A DNA stretch of 15,007 nucleotides, taken from NCBI GenBank assembly GCA_963737265.1, contig CAVTRY010000005.1:1-15007 (forward strand), in the 5' to 3' direction. The notes under the pieces were generated by a model. That model saw nothing but the letters and a program-made list of their open reading frames with translations, made no database searches and was not told the DNA's origin. Made by a program: the position numbers and the translations under genes. Position 1 is the stretch's first letter. The number at the start of each line of letters is the position of its first letter. This document shows positions 7,441 through 15,007 of this stretch, piece by piece. This DNA comes from an uncultured delta proteobacterium (GTDB lineage: Bacteria > Myxococcota_A > Polyangia > Fen-1088).

Positions 7441-10290
7441 GTGGACTGGAAAAACACACTCACTCTGCCCAAGACCGAATTCCCCATGCGCGCCGACCTG
7501 GCCCGCCGCGAGCCGCTGTGGCTCAAGCGCTGGGCCGACGACAAGCAGTACGAACGCGTGCTGGCCGCGCGCGAAGCCGCCCGTGCCGAGCCCTACGTGC
7601 TGCACGACGGGCCGCCCTACCCGACCGGCGGCATCCACTACGGCACGCTGTTAAACAAGGTACTCAAGGACATCATCGTCCGCTCGCGCCTGCTCATGGG
7701 CAAAGCGGCGCGCTTTGTGCCGGGTTGGGACTGCCACGGCCTGCCCATCGAACAGCAGGTGGAAAAGCAGTTCGGCTCCAAGGCCAAGCAGGACACGCAA
7801 AGATTCCGCCAGCTCTGCGAGGCGCACGCACGCAAGTTCGTCGACGTCATGCGCGCCGATTTCCGCCGCCTGGGCTGCGTCGGCACCTGGGACGAGCCCT
7901 ATCTGACGCTGGACAAGGAATATGAAGCCACCATCGTGCGCGTGATGGCATCCTTCGCGACCAAGGGGCTGCTTTACCGGGCGAAGCGCCCGGTGCATTG
8001 GTGCACGACGCACCAGACGGCGCTGGCCGAGGCCGAGGTCGAGTATGCGGATCACAGCTCGCCATCGATCTTCGTGCGCTTTCCCGTCGTGCCGGGTCAG
8101 GCGGCGCTGGAGGCGATTCTTGGCAAGTCGCCCGCGGCGCTGGTCATCTGGACCACCACGCCGTGGACCTTGGCCGCCAACCTGGCCATCGTGGCCAATC
8201 CAGATCTGGCGTACGTTGCCGTTCCCGTCGAGCGGGCCGGACAGCCGCGCGAGTTTCTCATCGTGGCGCGCGAGCTGGCCGACGGCTTTCTCGCCGCGTG
8301 CGGAATCTCGGCCGAAGCAAAAGAAACGTGGATTCCACTCACGGGCGACAAACTGCGCGGCCTGCGCGGGCTGCGCTACCAACATCCCTTCATCGCCGCG
8401 CCCAAGTCGGACAAGGACTTCCGCCTGACCTTCGCCTCGCACGCGACGCTCGACGCCGGTACTGGCCTGGTTCACACGGCGCCCGGTCACGGTGCCGACG
8501 ACTACGCCGTGGGCCGCGCCGAAGGGCTGGACGTGTACGCGCCGGTGGACGGCTACGGGCGCTACACCGAGGAAGTTCCCCTGTGGGCCGGCCTGAAAAT
8601 TTTCGAGGCCAACCCTAAAATCGTCGCCCACCTGGCCGAGACCGGCTACCTCCTCAACAAGCCCGGCGAGCAAATCAAGCACCAGTATCCGCACTGCTGG
8701 CGCTGCAAGAACCCGGTAATTTTCCGCGCCACCAGCCAGTGGTTCGCGCGCCTCGGCGAGCTTGGCGACAAGAGCAGCCTGCGCCAGCAAGCGCTGGACG
8801 AAATCGATCGCACCGAGTGGATTCCGGCGTGGGGCCGCGACCGCATTCGCGGCATGATCGAGGTGCGCCCCGATTGGTGCCTGTCGCGCCAGCGCGTGTG
8901 GGGCGTGCCCATTCCCGCCTACCTTTGCAAGACGTGCGACGAGCCCTTTCTCGATGCGCGCGCCATGGAGTTTGTGGCGAACATCTTCGCCACCGAGGGC
9001 GCCAGCGCCTGGTTCAGCCGGCCGGTGAGCGAGCTTGCGCCCGCGGGCACCGCCTGTCCGCGCTGCCACGGCACCGATTTCGACAAAACCCACGACATCG
9101 TCGACGTGTGGTTCGAATCGGGCGTGTCGTGGGCGGCGGTCGCCGACGGCAAGCTCGTGCCCGAAGGAGCGAAGGTCGACCTCTACCTCGAAGGCGCCGA
9201 CCAGCACCGCGGCTGGTTCCACTCCTCGCTGCTTGCCGCCGTCGCCGCCCGCGGCACCGCTCCTTACAAGGCGGTGCTGACCCACGGTTGGGTGCTCGAC
9301 GAGCGGGGCAAGGTCTATTCCAAGTCCGAAATCGAGCGAGCGCGCGCCGCGGGAGTCAAGACCGACTACGTCGAGCCCAGCATCTGGATGGAAAAGAACG
9401 GCGCCGAGCTGCTGCGCCTGTGGGCTGCCGCCGCCGACTACCAGTCGGATGTCGTGTTCTCGAAGACCATTCTCGATCAGCTGGGCGAGTCGTATCGCAA
9501 GATCCGCAACACCTGCCGCTTCCTGCTGTCCAACCTGTATGACTTCGTGCCGGCGCGCGACCTTCTTCCCGACGAAAAGTTGCGCGAGCTCGATCTTCTG
9601 GCGCTGACCGTGCTGCGCGCCCGCGACCGCCAGATATTCGAGGCCTACGAGAGCTACAGCTTCCACGACGCCGTCCGCCTCGTCGTCGACTACCTCGTCA
9701 CCGTTTCGGCTGAATACCTCGGCCCGATCAAGGACGCGCTTTACTGTGAAGGCGCGAGCTCGCCCGAGCGGCGGAGCGTACAAACGGTGCTTTACGAAAT
9801 GGTCAGGACCGTTGCGACCTGGATTGCGCCGGTCATGAGCTTTTCGGCGCAAGACGTGGCCGACGAGCTTGAGCGGCAGACCGGGACGCCGTTCGATGTC
9901 CACGGACAGAATTGGCAGCCGCAGGCGGGCAGCTCGACCGACCGTTGGGAACGAGACCTGCGCCCACGCCGCGCGGCAGTGCTCGGCAAACTGGAGGCCT
10001 TCCGCGCCGCCGGCCACAAAGCCCTCGAAGCGCACGTCACGGTGACGCCGGCTGCGAGCGAGCGAGCGGCGTGGCAGAAGGATCTCGCGCAACTGACCGA
10101 GCTGTGCGAGGTATCACGCCTCGAGCTCTCGCCCGGCGATGCAGCGGCAACAGATATCGTTGCAACCGAGGCCGCCAGTCCGGAATGTCCGCGTTGCTGG
10201 CGCCGCACCGGAGCCGCGTCCGGCCACCCTCAGGATGCCAACCTTTGCATCCGCTGCGCATCCGTGGTCAGATCCCTGAGCTCGCCGTGA
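7441..10290 (+). CDS. ileS: Isoleucine--tRNA ligase (type 1 architecture, C-terminal Zn finger)
   Basis: DWKNTLTLPKTEFPMRA N-terminus, HDGPPY, PGWDCHGLPIE, WTTTPWTL and GTGLVHTAPGHG.DD (CP1 editing), DWCLSRQR.WG, EGADQHRGWF, CPRCW...LCIRC. Start GTG 7441 chosen by family N-terminus; ATG 7429 is an alternative. Confidence 0.97.
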   Translation: MDWKNTLTLPKTEFPMRADLARREPLWLKRWADDKQYERVLAAREAARAEPYVLHDGPPYPTGGIHYGTLLNKVLKDIIVRSRLLMGKAARFVPGWDCHGLPIEQQVEKQFGSKAKQDTQRFRQLCEAHARKFVDVMRADFRRLGCVGTWDEPYLTLDKEYEATIVRVMASFATKGLLYRAKRPVHWCTTHQTALAEAEVEYADHSSPSIFVRFPVVPGQAALEAILGKSPAALVIWTTTPWTLAANLAIVANPDLAYVAVPVERAGQPREFLIVARELADGFLAACGISAEAKETWIPLTGDKLRGLRGLRYQHPFIAAPKSDKDFRLTFASHATLDAGTGLVHTAPGHGADDYAVGRAEGLDVYAPVDGYGRYTEEVPLWAGLKIFEANPKIVAHLAETGYLLNKPGEQIKHQYPHCWRCKNPVIFRATSQWFARLGELGDKSSLRQQALDEIDRTEWIPAWGRDRIRGMIEVRPDWCLSRQRVWGVPIPAYLCKTCDEPFLDARAMEFVANIFATEGASAWFSRPVSELAPAGTACPRCHGTDFDKTHDIVDVWFESGVSWAAVADGKLVPEGAKVDLYLEGADQHRGWFHSSLLAAVAARGTAPYKAVLTHGWVLDERGKVYSKSEIERARAAGVKTDYVEPSIWMEKNGAELLRLWAAAADYQSDVVFSKTILDQLGESYRKIRNTCRFLLSNLYDFVPARDLLPDEKLRELDLLALTVLRARDRQIFEAYESYSFHDAVRLVVDYLVTVSAEYLGPIKDALYCEGASSPERRSVQTVLYEMVRTVATWIAPVMSFSAQDVADELERQTGTPFDVHGQNWQPQAGSSTDRWERDLRPRRAAVLGKLEAFRAAGHKALEAHVTVTPAASERAAWQKDLAQLTELCEVSRLELSPGDAAATDIVATEAASPECPRCWRRTGAASGHPQDANLCIRCASVVRSLSSP

Positions 10291-10880
10291 CTGAAGAGAT
10301 GACTGAAGAGCTCACCATGACTGAAACAACCTCCGATACGCCATCCACCAAAATGCGTAACCTTCTCTTCGGCGGTGGCGCCGTGCTCTCCCTCGTGCTC
10401 GATCAGTGGACCAAGGTTCTGGCCCGCACGTGCCTGCAACCGCTCGGTCCGTGGAAAAGCAAGGTCATCGTCGAGAACTACTTCGACCTGCGTTTTTCCG
10501 AAAATACCGGCGTGGCATTCGGAATGTTCCAGCAATTGCCGGGCGGTCGCATCTGGCTGACCGTCGTCGCGCTGGCGGCGCTGCTCCTGGTGGGCTACTA
10601 CCTGGTTCGCAGCAATCCACGCCAATCGCGCCTGCATCTTGCCTTGGGGCTCGTGGGTGGCGGCGCCGTCGGCAACCTGGTCGACCGCATCGCCTTCGGC
10701 CGCGTGACCGACTTCATCGTGTGGAAGGTGGGACCGCACGAATGGCCCGCGTTCAACATCGCGGACGCGGCCCTGGTCGTGGGCGTCGTGCTCATGGCCC
10801 TCGACATGCTTCTCGACAAGCGAGGGCAATCAGCCACGGCGTCGGCGCCCCCCGGACCGGCCGGCAGCGGAGACCGCTAA
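10287..10880 (+). CDS. lspA: Lipoprotein signal peptidase (signal peptidase II)
   Basis: LDQWTK, NTGVAFG, GGAVGNLVDR, VTDF, PAFNIAD. GTGA overlap with the ileS stop; alternative ATGs at 10299 and 10317. ileS-lspA is a well-known linkage. Confidence 0.95.
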   Translation: MTEEMTEELTMTETTSDTPSTKMRNLLFGGGAVLSLVLDQWTKVLARTCLQPLGPWKSKVIVENYFDLRFSENTGVAFGMFQQLPGGRIWLTVVALAALLLVGYYLVRSNPRQSRLHLALGLVGGGAVGNLVDRIAFGRVTDFIVWKVGPHEWPAFNIADAALVVGVVLMALDMLLDKRGQSATASAPPGPAGSGDR

Positions 10881-10907
10881 ACGAGAATCGGCAGGGAGCA
10901 ACGGACA

Positions 10908-11876
10908 ATGCGCCCTGTACTCATCGATTTCGGCATCGACATCCCGCTTTTTGGACACCTCGACCTGCCGTCGTACTTCGTCCTGCTCACCCTGAGCTTC
11001 GTCGTCGGCGCGTGGATGACCCGTCGCGAAGCGCCCCAGCTGGGGCTCGACCGTGAGCGCGTGCTCGACCTCGACATCTACATCGTTGTTTGGGCCATCG
11101 TGGGCGCCCGGGTTCTCCACGTCATTGCCGACGGTCACTTCCACGACTACGTCAATCTTTGCGTGGACAACTTCAAGGTCGCCGCCACCGAGGCCAAGGT
11201 GAGCTTCTGCAACGCCAGTAGCGAGTGCGGCTGGGACTACGTCTGCAACCTGGCCGCCCATACCTGCCACCCGCCGCGCGATTGCTTTGCCGCCCTCGAG
11301 GTCTGGCGGGGCGGACTCACGTTCTACGGCGGCTTTATTTTCGCCACCGCCTTCGGCCTCTATTTTGCCCGTAAACACCACATGGGCATGTGGAAGGTCG
11401 CAGACCTGTGTGCTCCTTGGATCGCCTTCGGCCTCGCCCTTACGCGGGTTGGGTGTTTTCTCAACGGCTGCTGCTTCGGCAAAGTCACCAACGTGCCGTG
11501 GGCCGTGCACTTCCCCATCGGTAGCCCAGCGTGGGAAGCGCAGCACGACGCTCGCCTGATTGGCAATGGCGCTGCCACGCTACCGGTGCATCCGACTGAA
11601 ATCTATCTCGCCATTCTCAATCTGCTGACCTTTGTCGCGCTGTATTTCGTCATCCGCCGACGCAAGCGGTTCGACGGCCAGGTATTCGCCTGGTTGCTCA
11701 TCATGAAAGGCATTTTTCGATCCTTCGTCGAGATCTGGCGCGATGATGATCGGGGCGTGTTCTTCGGCTGGCTGTCCACATCGCAGATCATCTCGCTGCC
11801 TCTCGTCGCCCTCGGTATCTACATGCTGTGGCGCCACCGGCGGAGTTTGGCGTCGGCCCCCGAAGCGACGGCATGA
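10908..11876 (+). CDS. lgt: Prolipoprotein diacylglyceryl transferase, paralogue 1, with a Cys-rich loop
   Basis: M.PVL, GARVLHV, WRGGLTFYGG, RVGCFLNGCCFG, PVHPTEIY, RSFVEIWRDD, STSQIIS; multiple TM segments. Confidence 0.9.
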   Translation: MRPVLIDFGIDIPLFGHLDLPSYFVLLTLSFVVGAWMTRREAPQLGLDRERVLDLDIYIVVWAIVGARVLHVIADGHFHDYVNLCVDNFKVAATEAKVSFCNASSECGWDYVCNLAAHTCHPPRDCFAALEVWRGGLTFYGGFIFATAFGLYFARKHHMGMWKVADLCAPWIAFGLALTRVGCFLNGCCFGKVTNVPWAVHFPIGSPAWEAQHDARLIGNGAATLPVHPTEIYLAILNLLTFVALYFVIRRRKRFDGQVFAWLLIMKGIFRSFVEIWRDDDRGVFFGWLSTSQIISLPLVALGIYMLWRHRRSLASAPEATA

Positions 11877-12793
11877 AGCCCACGCTATTTTTCATCGGCT
11901 CGGGGCCGCACGCCTTTGCGGTTCACTCCTACGGATTTCTCATCGCCCTCGGCTTGGTGGCGGGCGTTGTCGTTGCCGTTCGGCGCGGCCGCACCGTCGG
12001 CATCGAAACCGGCGCCACGCTCGATCTGACTTTTTACGCCATCGTCGTCGGAATGGTCGGCGCGCGCCTACTCTATGTGATCATGCACGCTGGCGACTAT
12101 GGCCGCCTGTGCGTGGGCTCGGGCGCCCCGCGGACGCTGGGCCAAGTCCTATCGGATTGCAGCGCGGCGGTGCGCTTCTGGCAAGGCGGCCTGGTGTTTT
12201 TGGGCGGAGCCATTCTCGCCGCAGCGTCCACGCTCCTTCTCGCACGCCGCAAGGGACTCGGCCTCGGCGAGGTCGCCGACGTGCTCGCGCCGTCCGTCAG
12301 TCTGGCCCACGTCTTCGGCCGACTCGGCTGCTTTATGGTCGGCTGCTGCTACGGCAAGCCCTGGTCGGGCGGCGTCCACTTCCCGCCCGACAGCGTCGCC
12401 TACTCGGAACTGCTGGGCGAACGAGCCATCGTGGTGGGTGCCGCCAGCACGCCCGGCCTTCACCCCACACAACTTTACGAAGCCGGGGGTGAGCTTCTTA
12501 TTTTCCTCGCTCTGCTTTGGCTTTGGCCGCGCCGGAGATTTTCCGGCGCCATCGCGCTCACCTATGCTTTCGCTTATGGCGTTCTTCGCTTCGCCATCGA
12601 GATCTTTCGCGGCGATGACCTGGGTGCCTTCATTGTCGAAGCTCGTGTGCCCAGCCTGGCCCGTGTCCTTGGTTTCTCGCCGACAACACCACTGTTTCTC
12701 TCCTCCGCGCAAGCGACCGCGCTGGTGCTGGTGGCGGCGGCTTCGATCACCTATGCGTTGCTTCGCCGGCGCCACACTGCGAATCTGGAATAG
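11873..12793 (+). CDS. lgt: Prolipoprotein diacylglyceryl transferase, paralogue 2
   Basis: ATGA overlap with the lgt1 stop. MKPTLF, SYG, GARLLYV, WQGGLVFLGG, GRLGCFMVGCCYG, HPTQLYE, RFAIEIFRGD. Confidence 0.88.
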   Translation: MKPTLFFIGSGPHAFAVHSYGFLIALGLVAGVVVAVRRGRTVGIETGATLDLTFYAIVVGMVGARLLYVIMHAGDYGRLCVGSGAPRTLGQVLSDCSAAVRFWQGGLVFLGGAILAAASTLLLARRKGLGLGEVADVLAPSVSLAHVFGRLGCFMVGCCYGKPWSGGVHFPPDSVAYSELLGERAIVVGAASTPGLHPTQLYEAGGELLIFLALLWLWPRRRFSGAIALTYAFAYGVLRFAIEIFRGDDLGAFIVEARVPSLARVLGFSPTTPLFLSSAQATALVLVAAASITYALLRRRHTANLE

Positions 12794-12805
12794 CTGCCAC
12801 GCGTG

Positions 12806-14184
12806 TCAGGTCCCTGCGACCGTCACGCGCGCCACACGAAAGGTCGGGCACTGCACGGAGGAGCGACGATCGATGTCGCTGGCGACGGCGTCGATGCCCT
12901 TCCACAGGTCGTCGAAATTCACCGAAATCGTGACCTCGCTGACGGGGAAGGCGCACTCGCCGTTTTCGATCCAGAAGCCGGCGGCTCCTTGGGAAAAATC
13001 GCCGGTGACGGCGTTGAAGCCGAAGCCCATCAGCCCTGTAACGTAGAGTCCTTGCGCGATACGCATCACTTCCTCGGCGCTGCTCTTTCCGGGGCGCAGA
13101 ATGAAGTTCGAGGTGGTCACGTGCGGGCCGCCGCCGACCGAGCGGCCGGCGCAGCCGCTGGAGGTGCGCCCGAGCTTGCGCGCCGAATAGGTGTCGAGCA
13201 GGAAGGTGCGCAAGACGCCGTCGGAAACGACGACGTTGGGGCGCACGGCCAAGCCCTCGCCGTCGAAGGGGCGCGAACCGGGCGCGCGCGGAACGAGTGG
13301 ATCGTCGACGATGCTCACCAGCGGCGAGGCGACCACGGTGCCTTCGCGCTCGGCCAGGTAGGTGCCCTTGCGCCAGACCGCGCCGCCGGAGATCACGCCG
13401 GCGAACTGGCCCAGCAGCGAACGGCCGGCCTCGGGTGAAAACACCGCGGGAACTTGGCACGTGGCCACCTTGCGCGAGCCGAGCTTGGCGACGGTCCGCC
13501 GCGCGGCCTCGACGCCGACTTCCTCGGCGGACTGCAGGCCGGAGGCGAACCGGCAAGTGGTGTAGTGAAAGCCGTTGCGCTTCTTGCCCTCGGCGTCGTC
13601 GCACACCGGCTCGACCACGAACGAAACGTTGCTACCGCGATAGGCGCCGGCAAAACCGGCGGAGCTGGCGAAAGCCACGGCGCCCACGGAGCGGCCAAAA
13701 GTGGCGCCTTCCGAATTGGTAATGCGCGGATCGAATTTCAGGGCGGCCGCTTCGCCAGCCTTGGCCCACTTCATGGCTTCGGCGACGTCGATGGACAACA
13801 CCGAGTCGTCCCACAGGTCGAGATCGGGAAGAGCGCGCGCCATGTCCTCGCCAGCGGGAAGCGCGGCCTGCGGCTCGGGCTCTGCCAGGCGGCAAAGCTC
13901 GACCGACTCGCGGGCAAAGCTCTCCATCGCGTTCGGGGCGAAATCAGAGGTGTAGGCGACTGCAGCCCGCTGATCCTTGAGCACGCGCAGACCGAGCCCA
14001 CGGCTTCCCGCCTCTTTCACCAGCTCGGGTTCGCCCAGGCGCAGCTTCACTTGCAGCTCGGCGCCGTCGCGCACCAGCACCTCGGCGCCATCGGCGCCCG
14101 CGCGCAAAGCGAGGGACATCATCTGTTCGGCCAGCTCCTGACAAGCCCGGGGATCCGCGATGATGCGCTTTGCCTGCTCCGTGC

Positions 14185-14188
<4 letters not shown>
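12806..14188 (-). CDS. pmbA: TldE/PmbA family protein (non-catalytic partner of TldD)
   Basis: ATG 14188 overlaps the tldD stop (ATGA). [52 protein letters not shown]; no HExxxH. Confidence 0.92.

Positions 14189-15007
<819 letters not shown>

Noticed and set aside
7651-10092. 813-aa minus-strand ORF and other long antisense or alternative-frame ORFs (1343-2461, 5928-7223, 13454-14407)
   Set aside because: They overlap well-supported genes, have no recognisable motifs, and show typical shadow-ORF composition.
12794-12805. Terminator between convergent lgt2 and pmbA
   Set aside because: The gap is only 12 nt and I found no convincing stem plus U-tract.

Overview
High-GC bacterial chromosomal window, probably Myxococcota (inferred from the myxobacterial Cys-rich repeat/fibro-slime lipoprotein). 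Left to right: a GyrA/ParC-type topoisomerase A subunit on the minus strand (missed by the ORF track, runs off the left edge, no GyrA-box so probably ParC); a divergent AbrB-type antitoxin/VapC (PIN) toxin pair; a YcbK/DUF882 M15 peptidase and a dCMP deaminase (minus); a hairpin-rich intergenic region; a Cys-repeat fibro-slime lipoprotein; a VF530 (DUF2132) gene with an apparent 1-nt frameshift; an ileS-lspA-lgt-lgt operon; and a convergent tldD-pmbA pair (tldD truncated at the right edge). Most interesting: an IleRS with both class I signature motifs altered (HYGT for HIGH, VYSKS plus an insertion for KMSKS), a ParC N-terminus with a beta-clamp-like QLDLL motif on a Gly-rich linker, tandem Lgt paralogues with different motif deviations and a 6-Cys loop, and several candidate leaderless promoters. 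I see no clear-cut new multi-gene system; the leads are protein-level and regulatory.
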